IMG/VR virus record: IMGVR_UViG_3300049828_000319
Location: 1 to 24,513 of that record
From: a virus
Taxonomy: Duplodnaviria > Caudoviricetes
Direction: 5' to 3' (one strand)
DNA: 24,513 nucleotides
Part shown: in pieces, positions 9,673-17,005 of the stretch
How positions within the stretch are numbered: the first letter of the stretch is position 1
Layout: every line of letters starts with the position of its first letter
The notes under the pieces: generated by a model
What the model saw: only the letters and a program-made list of their open reading frames with translations
Databases searched by the model: none
Told to the model about the DNA's origin: nothing
Position numbers and translations under genes: made by a program

Positions 9673-9685
9673 AGGGGGAATTTGC

Positions 9686-11101
9686 ATGATAAATCCTATA
9701 ATTACAGTGCCTAAAAAGAATTTATACTTGTTAGACCAATCCTATGCTAAAGGTGCTGCTCTTGCTTATGGCTTACGCAAGTTGAGAACGGCGTATAAAG
9801 GTTCTGCCATTAGAGTGCGCAGGAGTAGTGACAATGCGGAACAAGATATAGGTTTTTTAGGCGGTGGACTTGACACGGCTACGTTGTCGGGTTTTGTCGG
9901 TAATGAGAATCTGCTCAAAAATTCTGAGGATTTTACGTCATTATGGTCAGTGGAGAATATTACAGCGGTAGCAAACGGTTTTACACCTAACGGTCTGGTT
10001 GCAACTGATATCAAAGCAGTATCAACTGGTAATTTAAACAGTTATGTATTGCAAGGGGTAACCAAAGCAACAACACCTATTATACACACGCAATCAATTT
10101 ATGTGAAAGCAGGTACAGCTCCGTACTTGGGCTTTAGAATTGATGCAGGTGCTATAGATGGTATTTATGCAGCATTCAACTTATCAACAGGACAGATGAC
10201 TCAAAGTGGCACAAGTGGAGTAGGGTGGACATTTATTTCGGGTACATATGAGTCTATAGGTTCGGGATGGTTTAGAGTTTGTATTGCCTTTGAGACGGAT
10301 AATGGCTCTTTGGTTAGACCAGTAATATATGCATCAGGTTCGCCAACTCCTGGTTATGGTCCGATAGCTTTTGACTCAACCGAAAATGACATTCTCTTTA
10401 GCGTTGCAGGAGTACAACTTAATTTAGGCACAACTCCAAAAACATACAATAAAACAGTTGGTGATGTTGGCGGTAATGGTTACGTCACCAACTGTTACGA
10501 CCAAAGCGGAAACGGCAATCATGCTGTGCAAGCTACTGCTGGAAATCAACCAATGATAGTTAGCGCAGGAAGTATAATAACATCTGCAAATGGTAAGCCA
10601 GTAATACAATTTACTGCAAGCTTAAGCACGTTTTTACAAACATTAAATAATGTGGTTAATGACGCTAGTCTAAAAGCCTTTATGCACATGGAAAACATTG
10701 CTAAACCCGCAGCTGGTGATGGTAATTTTTATCGCTCAAACGGTGCGGGGTCAGCAGGAGTATTTTACATAAATGCTTATGAATCATTAAAATACGCCTT
10801 ATTTAACGGTGCTGTATTGCTAACTAATACTATCGGTGATGGAGATACGGGAGGAGTATTTAGTGTTTACCAAGGTACTGACGGAAGGATTTACAGAAAC
10901 GGAGTACTGATTGGAAATGGGGATTCTGGCTCAAATTCGGTTACAGAAAAAATGAATATAGGCTGTGGTGCATTGGCAAATTCTTTTACAACCTATAAAA
11001 CTGGTGAGTTTATATTCTTTAACACATCTGCACTATCTGATGCAAGCCGCCAAGCAATCGAACGCAACCAATCAAAACACTACGGAATCGCACTATCATA
11101 G
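9686..11101 (+). CDS. Putative adhesin/head-spike protein: concanavalin/arabinofuranosidase-B-like domain interrupted by a head-spike-fibre/CBM-like domain
   Basis: AYGLRKLRTAYKGSAIRVRRSSDNAEQDIGF and YDQSGNGNHAVQAT..QP motifs flank NLLKNSEDF...SIYVKAG...GWFRV...GVQLNLG; ends with LSDASRQAIERNQSKHYGI, typical of LamG-type C-termini. Confidence 0.7.
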   Translation: MINPIITVPKKNLYLLDQSYAKGAALAYGLRKLRTAYKGSAIRVRRSSDNAEQDIGFLGGGLDTATLSGFVGNENLLKNSEDFTSLWSVENITAVANGFTPNGLVATDIKAVSTGNLNSYVLQGVTKATTPIIHTQSIYVKAGTAPYLGFRIDAGAIDGIYAAFNLSTGQMTQSGTSGVGWTFISGTYESIGSGWFRVCIAFETDNGSLVRPVIYASGSPTPGYGPIAFDSTENDILFSVAGVQLNLGTTPKTYNKTVGDVGGNGYVTNCYDQSGNGNHAVQATAGNQPMIVSAGSIITSANGKPVIQFTASLSTFLQTLNNVVNDASLKAFMHMENIAKPAAGDGNFYRSNGAGSAGVFYINAYESLKYALFNGAVLLTNTIGDGDTGGVFSVYQGTDGRIYRNGVLIGNGDSGSNSVTEKMNIGCGALANSFTTYKTGEFIFFNTSALSDASRQAIERNQSKHYGIALS

Positions 11102-11111
11102 GAGGTAGCGT

Positions 11112-11336
11112 ATGAGATGTTTAATGTTTGACACAGAAGCAGAGGCGATAACACGCAATGAGCAAGAAGCAATAGCCCGAGGATGTGCAGGCGATATTAC
11201 AGATAAATGGTGGGGTATGCGAGAACAAGATGGCAAGTTTTATTTGGTTGTTGGCGAGGATGCTTTGCAGGAAGGCGAAGAAATTGTAGATGTTGAGTTT
11301 GTGCCAGTGCCAGTGTCGGGAGGTGAATCACCATAA
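11112..11336 (+). CDS. Small acidic protein, possible fibre chaperone
   Basis: AGGAGG RBS overlapping the upstream stop; 74 aa, Glu/Asp-rich; follows the fibre-like gene. Confidence 0.6.
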   Translation: MRCLMFDTEAEAITRNEQEAIARGCAGDITDKWWGMREQDGKFYLVVGEDALQEGEEIVDVEFVPVPVSGGESP

Positions 11337-12247
11337 ACAAATATTTGAAAATAACCACAGCGGTTATAACCGAACCGATAACGCTAGCCGAGGCTAAACG
11401 TCATCTTCGGATTTACGATGACGGCTACAACGACAGCCAATCCGAAACAATAACGACGAGGACTGCAAGCGCTGGAAGTATCACGGGCTCCGGCATAGAT
11501 ATTCAAGGCTGCAAAGCTACGGTTTACATTAACGTGGGCGCTGTTGCCGCTGGAGGAACGCTTGACGCCGTTATTCAGCATTCGGACGACAACAATACAT
11601 TCACAGCTTGGTCTGGCGGGACGTTTACGCAGATAAACTCAGCGGGTCAAGTATATAAAGAATACTCTGGCGGGAAACGCTACATAAGAGTTTGTGCCGT
11701 GATTGCAACTAACACCGTAACCTTCGGTGTAAATGTGCAAATTCTAGCAGGCGACCCTGTCACAGATGCTGAATTGTCAGACTTGATTACTCGGGCTCGA
11801 GAAGAGGCGGAGGAAATAACGCGCTTAGCGCTTGCACCCCAAACCCGCGAGTATGGCATGGATATTTTCCCCGATGGTGATTACATAAACCTTCCGAGGC
11901 CGCCGCTTACAAGCGTGACTAGTTTTGATGTTTATAGTTCAGATGGCGTTAAAACCACGCTGACACCCAACACTGAATATCTTGTCGATGTTGACTCCAC
12001 ACCCGGACGCGTCGTCTTGCCTTATGGGGGTACGTGGCCGAGCGGCGCAGATTATCCGGTTAATCCCATACGGATCAAGTATGTGTGCGGTTACACGACG
12101 TTGCCGCAAAGGCTTAAAAACATTCTGCTGTACCACGTTGGTTTGCTCTATAAGTATCGCGATGCGGCCGTGCCCGATGCGGACAGAAATGCGCTTGAGC
12201 GGATGTATAACTTTTATCGGGTTAGTTGGTTTGGGGGTGAGTCCTAA
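11333..12247 (+). CDS. Head-tail connector (HK97 gp6 / phiE125 gp8-like) with an inserted domain of about 112 aa; start ATA 11333 or TTG 11345
   Basis: EPITLAEAKRHLRI ... LITRAREEAEEITRLAL..QT, LPRPPL.SV, IRIKYVCGY..LPQRLKNILLYHVGLLYKYRD. Confidence 0.85.
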   Translation: MNKYLKITTAVITEPITLAEAKRHLRIYDDGYNDSQSETITTRTASAGSITGSGIDIQGCKATVYINVGAVAAGGTLDAVIQHSDDNNTFTAWSGGTFTQINSAGQVYKEYSGGKRYIRVCAVIATNTVTFGVNVQILAGDPVTDAELSDLITRAREEAEEITRLALAPQTREYGMDIFPDGDYINLPRPPLTSVTSFDVYSSDGVKTTLTPNTEYLVDVDSTPGRVVLPYGGTWPSGADYPVNPIRIKYVCGYTTLPQRLKNILLYHVGLLYKYRDAAVPDADRNALERMYNFYRVSWFGGES

Positions 12248-12573
12248 TGCATGCAGGACTCTTAGACAAACAAATCACGATACAAGTCCGAACACAAGAC
12301 CAAGATGCAGCGGGGCAGCCTATTGAAACGTGGGCGACTTTCGCTATAGTATACGCCAAAATTGAGCCGCTTGTGGGGCGAGACTATTTGGCCGCAAGGC
12401 AGCTAATCGATGAAATATCGCACGATATAACAATCCGTTATCGTCGGGGAATAAAACCCAAGATGCGGATTTTTTATTTGGGCAGATATTTCGAGATTGT
12501 TGCGCCGCCGATCGACCCCGACGAGCGTCGAGAGTGGTTGTATTTGAAGTGTAAGGAGGTGGTGTCCGATTGA
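12247..12573 (+). CDS. Head closure / head-tail adaptor (SPP1 gp16-like)
   Basis: AGLLDKQITIQ...D.AGQP...W.TFA.VYAKIEPL.GR...ITIRYR.GI.PKMRI...LKCKE. Confidence 0.92.
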   Translation: MHAGLLDKQITIQVRTQDQDAAGQPIETWATFAIVYAKIEPLVGRDYLAARQLIDEISHDITIRYRRGIKPKMRIFYLGRYFEIVAPPIDPDERREWLYLKCKEVVSD

Positions 12574-12953
12574 GTATCTATGCGGGTCTAAAAACGGCCA
12601 TAGGTGCAAACGTCGCGGGCTATTCTGGGAAGGCTTTCCCACTTGTAGCTCCAGAGGGTACGGCATTACCGTATGCCACATACCAACAAATCGGCACGAA
12701 CAGACTTCAAACTCTCTCGGGCTATACGGGAGGGCTTTTTACTGACTATCAGTTCAATTTTTACTCAAACACATACGTCGCGGCAGTAACCGCTGCAGAT
12801 GCGTGGGTTGAGTATATCAAAAATTTCACGGGCACACTCGGCGACGAGTTTGTTCAATCTGTTAGTGTGCTTAACACTTTTGAGGACATGGATTATGTTG
12901 GCTCAATTGCCAGATACCGTGTAATCGTTGAGTGTAGATTCTATTACGTTTAA
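12570..12953 (+). CDS. Tail terminator/completion protein (DUF3168 / SPP1 gp17-like)
   Basis: FPLVAPEGTALPYATYQQI...YQFNFYS..Y; AAGGAGG RBS; precedes the tail tube gene. Confidence 0.8.
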   Translation: MSIYAGLKTAIGANVAGYSGKAFPLVAPEGTALPYATYQQIGTNRLQTLSGYTGGLFTDYQFNFYSNTYVAAVTAADAWVEYIKNFTGTLGDEFVQSVSVLNTFEDMDYVGSIARYRVIVECRFYYV

Positions 12954-12965
12954 GGAGGTTTTATT

Positions 12966-13703
12966 ATGTCTAATGCTGTAAACAGTGTAGGAACGGTGTT
13001 AAAGAAAGGCGTTAATGCGGTTGCTGAAATTAAGCAGATTAGCGGTATCGATGTTAAGGGCGAAACCATAGACGTTACAACCCTATCGTCCACTGGCGGT
13101 TTTCGCGAGTTCCTGCTCGGATTTAAAGATCCGGGTGAAGTTCAAATCTCGGGACATTTTTATCCGGGTGACACAAACGGACAAGCCGCTATGTATGCGG
13201 ACTTGATTTCCGGCGCATCTGACAGCTACACAGTTGAATTCCCATCATCACTCGGTGCGAGCTGGACTTTCACGGGCTATGTTACGGGATTCAAAACCGG
13301 AGCGGCTGTTGAAGGCGCTATCACATTCGATGCGACGCTTAAGGTGTCGGGTGCCCCTTCTCTGGGGACTAGTGCATCTACTGGCTGGAGTGCATTTGTA
13401 CTCAGAAACGCAGCTGATGATTCAGATGCGACTAATGACGCATATGTGCCAACAGTGGCTGCTGGTGAGTACCAATATGCAGTAACCTTTGATACAAACA
13501 CAAGTGTGAGGCCGAAAGTTACGGCCGCATCCCACACAATCCAGCTGTTTGTCGATGACGTTTACGTTGAGAACCTTACTTCCGGGGTTTCAGGTAATGC
13601 CATTTCATTCGGAGCTGGAGCTGTCAAGAAGCTCACATTTAAATGCTTCGAATCTGGCAAAACGCCGAAAGTTTACGATGTCATGGTGCACAGAACGGCA
13701 TAA
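12966..13703 (+). CDS. Major tail tube protein with a C-terminal cadherin-like/Ig beta-sandwich
   Basis: ETIDVTTLSS.GG.REF..G.KDPGEV...WTFTGYVTGF...F.ATLKVSGAP tube core, plus an extension of about 110 aa ending KTPKVYDVMVHR. Confidence 0.9.
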   Translation: MSNAVNSVGTVLKKGVNAVAEIKQISGIDVKGETIDVTTLSSTGGFREFLLGFKDPGEVQISGHFYPGDTNGQAAMYADLISGASDSYTVEFPSSLGASWTFTGYVTGFKTGAAVEGAITFDATLKVSGAPSLGTSASTGWSAFVLRNAADDSDATNDAYVPTVAAGEYQYAVTFDTNTSVRPKVTAASHTIQLFVDDVYVENLTSGVSGNAISFGAGAVKKLTFKCFESGKTPKVYDVMVHRTA

Positions 13704-13712
13704 ACACAACGC

Positions 13713-13741
13713 GGAGGAGCTTAGCCTCCTCCCCCTTTTTT
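13713..13741 (+). terminator. Intrinsic terminator/attenuator after the tail tube gene
   Basis: GGAGGAG-CTTAGC-CTCCTCC followed by CCCTTTTTT. Confidence 0.65.
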
Positions 13742-13766
13742 ATATTAAATTTTGGAGGCGATAAGC

Positions 13767-14066
13767 ATGATTAAATTAATGATTGATAAGGAACGCGATT
13801 TTAATCTATCCTCGATGGCAGTTGAACAAATCGAGGATCACTATAACAAAACCTTCGAGGAAATTTTTAAAGAAGCCACCGAGCTCCGTGCGAGGGATGT
13901 TAACTGTATTCTGTATGCTGCAATGGTCGAGCAAGATATTACTCTCGATGAGTTTAAAGTGGAGCTAGCTAAGCGATACACTTATCCCGAAACGGTTAAA
14001 CTGATGAACAGTCTTTTGGGGGTAGCTGACGACCCAAACGCCACAAACGCCACCGAGAACGTTTAA
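13767..14066 (+). CDS. Tail assembly chaperone (gpG equivalent)
   Basis: GGAGG RBS then ATG 13767; small, acidic and helical; lies between tail tube and TMP; carries a slippery site near its 3' end. Confidence 0.8.
   Translation: MIKLMIDKERDFNLSSMAVEQIEDHYNKTFEEIFKEATELRARDVNCILYAAMVEQDITLDEFKVELAKRYTYPETVKLMNSLLGVADDPNATNATENV
14033..14039 (+). promoter_or_regulatory. -1 programmed ribosomal frameshift site C CCA AAC
   Basis: X XXY YYZ heptamer in the correct register; the -1 frame is open from here to TGA at 14357-14359. Confidence 0.8.
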
Positions 14067-14359
14067 TCGAAGCGGCGGCGTTGCATAAGATTGACCCACA
14101 GATTTTATTAAATCTATCGTTCCCCGATGCGATGACTTACATTAAGGCTCTAAATGCGGGCGAGCGTGAGCGCGATAAAGCACGCCTAGTACTTGAGTAT
14201 AGCGCCGTGCTGTGGAATCGTTGTGAAGCCAATAAATTTCCAAAACTTGAAGATTTGCTCAAAGATTTTGAGGAACCGATAAAAAAGAAAACCGAGCAGA
14301 CGCCGGAGCAAATGCTCGAAATTGTTAAAGCATTAAACGCAAAGTGGGGTGGTACGTGA
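14039..14359 (+). CDS. Tail assembly chaperone frameshift extension (gpT part of gpGT)
   Basis: No RBS before TTG 14081; reachable by a -1 shift; KFPKLEDLL...QTPEQML..VKALN C-terminus typical of Firmicute gpT-like ORFs. Confidence 0.75.
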   Translation, partial: RHKRHRERLIEAAALHKIDPQILLNLSFPDAMTYIKALNAGERERDKARLVLEYSAVLWNRCEANKFPKLEDLLKDFEEPIKKKTEQTPEQMLEIVKALNAKWGGT

Positions 14360-14772
14360 TGGCGAGAGCTATGGATACAAACTCAGTAAATGATTTTATC
14401 GCATTAGAGAATTATTTAAAAGCCCTTTCCGATAAAGCCCCGGACGCGTATGAGAAGGAGCTGAAGTCAGCCGCACAGTTGGTGGCTGACTCGGCTCGTA
14501 AAAACATAAAGAGTAAAACCGGAAAACTTCGATCCTCAATCGAAATTAAACGGTACACAAGTAAAGGCAATATCAATTATAGGGTGCAAGCGGGCGGCAC
14601 GAGAGCGCCGCACGCCCACCTTGTTGAATTTGGACACCGCATGGTGAAGCCAAACGGATCGGGTGAAGTTATTGGCGACGTTCCTGCACACCCCTTCTTA
14701 AGAAAGGCACTTGATGAAAACCGTGATTCTATCGTTAATGCGCTGGACGCGGCTCTGGATAAAATTCTATAG
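14359..14772 (+). CDS. HK97 gp10 family tail-associated protein
   Basis: KTGKLRSSI, PHAHLVEFGH, PAHPFLRKALD motifs. Confidence 0.88.
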   Translation: MARAMDTNSVNDFIALENYLKALSDKAPDAYEKELKSAAQLVADSARKNIKSKTGKLRSSIEIKRYTSKGNINYRVQAGGTRAPHAHLVEFGHRMVKPNGSGEVIGDVPAHPFLRKALDENRDSIVNALDAALDKIL

Positions 14773-14784
14773 GGGGTGTGAAAC

Positions 14785-17004
14785 GTGGCAGCTTTACAAA
14801 GTATTAGAACGATATCGGTGCGGCTTGGTGCTGATGTCAGTAACTTTATTCAAGGTATAAATAGCGCACGTCGCACTATTGTCAGTATAACCGCTGACAC
14901 AAAAGGTATGTTTTCGCGAATAAATGCGGAGACGGGGCTTGCGCTGTCACAACTAAAGCTATACGGAACTGAACAGCAGAAAAACGCCGTTATCATGAAT
15001 GGGCTGAACCAGAAGTTGCGCGTACAAACCATGCTGGTTGAGCAGACGGCCGCTGCGCTGGAAACCGAGAAGGCGAAATTCGGAGAGGTGAGCGCACAAG
15101 CTAAAACGATGGAGATTCGCCTGCTCCGTGCTGCAAAAGCACAGCAGGATTTAAAAAATCAGATCGCTGAAATGAAGATGCCTAAAAAAGAAAACTTTGA
15201 TTGGTCTAACTTTTTATTTAACGCAGGTTTTGGCCGATTTGCAATGATGGGCTCGGTGGCTGGCGGAGTTGCTGTTGCAGTTCAGTTGGCAGCAGACGCT
15301 TTTCGCAAATTAGGAGAGGCTATTGCTGGAGCTATCTCGGCGGGTATTGATTTTAACAGCATGATGGAAACGAACAAAATTGCGTTAACTTCTTTTCTAG
15401 GTAGTGGTGATAAAGCCACCCAAATGCTTGATAAAATCAACAAGTTCGCGGCCATCACCCCATTTCAAACTAAAGATTTGACCGCGGGTGTTAAAAAGTT
15501 GATAGCTTTCGGCTTTGAACCCGATCAGGTGTTGGGTGTTATGAAGTCCATTGGTGACGCCATCGCTGGTACGGGGTCAGACCCGCAGTACATCGACAAC
15601 ATTATACGAACACTCGGTTCACTCAAAGCCAGAGGACGTGTAACGGGTGAAGAGCTCCGTGAAATGGGGAATCTCGGAATAAGGGCACTTGAAATGTTAT
15701 CTAAGGAATTCGGGAAATCACAGGCCGAAATCCTAAGTATGACAGAGAAAGGTTTGATCCCTGCTGGCCGAGCGCTCAATGCTTTGATTAATGGTATGGA
15801 GCAACAGTTCCCGGATATGATGAATAAACAGTCTAAATCTTGGACGGGCTTATTATCAACTATCAAGGATTATACAAGCATTATGCTTGGTGAGGCCACT
15901 AAGCCCTTTTTTGAACTTGTAAAACGTGTATTTCCTCTCGTTATTGCCGGGCTGGAGCGCGCGGCCGTTGCGGCTAAACTGTTTAGTGATGTTGCACGCG
16001 AGTCGTTCAATCTCGTTAAGCCATCCATTGTAGCTTTGCGTGACGCTTTTGCTCAGCTGGGCATAACCTCATCAACAGTGATGTTGCTCATCAAGTCCTT
16101 CATGGTGGTCGTAGCCATTCCTTTTGTTGGCGTGATTGGTATGATTACTGCGGGTATCGCGTCGTGGATTGCTGGTTTCACGGAATTGGGAAAAGCGGCG
16201 TACAACGCAGCTAAATCTGTTACTAACGTGTTTTCAGCTATTAAAAACGCAGCTTTAGGAAACTTCAAACAGGCCTATAAAGATGTTTTATCTGCTGGAT
16301 TTAATCTTGGCGATGCAGTCAAACACACCGCAGGCTCTTTTGTAACGGGTTTCGAGGCCTATATCGACACGTATAATAAGTTTTCCAAAGCAGCTGCAGC
16401 TGCTTTAGGTAAATTCATGAACCCTGACGAAAGCGCAAGCATTTTAGAAGAACTTAAAAAGGCCTACGTTTCTACGTTTGAGGGTGCTGTTAAAGATACT
16501 GAGGACGGTGCAGATAAGGTTGCCGAAAAGCTGAAATCGTTTGTAGAACGTGTTAAAACACAGGCAGAGCAGTTTAGGGATGCGCTTGGTTTGTTTGATA
16601 AGGCTGCGGAGGAGAAACTGTCGGGTGAGCGTCTGCTCGCAAGATTGCAGGGGCAACTCAAAATTTTTGAACGCTGGTCGACTAACCTACAAAACCTGCG
16701 TAACAGGCTTGGGGGCGATTCTAGTCTGTTTCAATTCCTGCAAGCACAAGGCGCGAAATCGGCGGGACAAATTGCGGGGTTGTCTAAACTTAGCGATGTG
16801 CGTCTAAAAGAGTATGAGTCGCTGTTCAACCGTAAAAGCCAGATCGGGCTTGACGTTGCTGGCTCTGCGTGGGGCGTTGAATATGCAAAGGAAAAGAAAG
16901 TTGAACAGATTGTTGTAAATATTAATGGTGGCGTAATCATGGAAAACGTTGACGCGCTTGTCCAGACAATCACGCGCCAGTTACAAATAAATGGGGTGAT
17001 TTAA
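14785..17004 (+). CDS. Tape measure protein (739 aa)
   Basis: ISVRLGADVSNF N-terminus, coiled coil, tape-measure domain (FAAITPF...GRVTGEEL..M...GI), hydrophobic segments, IVVNINGG C-terminus. Confidence 0.92.
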   Translation: MAALQSIRTISVRLGADVSNFIQGINSARRTIVSITADTKGMFSRINAETGLALSQLKLYGTEQQKNAVIMNGLNQKLRVQTMLVEQTAAALETEKAKFGEVSAQAKTMEIRLLRAAKAQQDLKNQIAEMKMPKKENFDWSNFLFNAGFGRFAMMGSVAGGVAVAVQLAADAFRKLGEAIAGAISAGIDFNSMMETNKIALTSFLGSGDKATQMLDKINKFAAITPFQTKDLTAGVKKLIAFGFEPDQVLGVMKSIGDAIAGTGSDPQYIDNIIRTLGSLKARGRVTGEELREMGNLGIRALEMLSKEFGKSQAEILSMTEKGLIPAGRALNALINGMEQQFPDMMNKQSKSWTGLLSTIKDYTSIMLGEATKPFFELVKRVFPLVIAGLERAAVAAKLFSDVARESFNLVKPSIVALRDAFAQLGITSSTVMLLIKSFMVVVAIPFVGVIGMITAGIASWIAGFTELGKAAYNAAKSVTNVFSAIKNAALGNFKQAYKDVLSAGFNLGDAVKHTAGSFVTGFEAYIDTYNKFSKAAAAALGKFMNPDESASILEELKKAYVSTFEGAVKDTEDGADKVAEKLKSFVERVKTQAEQFRDALGLFDKAAEEKLSGERLLARLQGQLKIFERWSTNLQNLRNRLGGDSSLFQFLQAQGAKSAGQIAGLSKLSDVRLKEYESLFNRKSQIGLDVAGSAWGVEYAKEKKVEQIVVNINGGVIMENVDALVQTITRQLQINGVI

Positions 17005-17005
17005 T

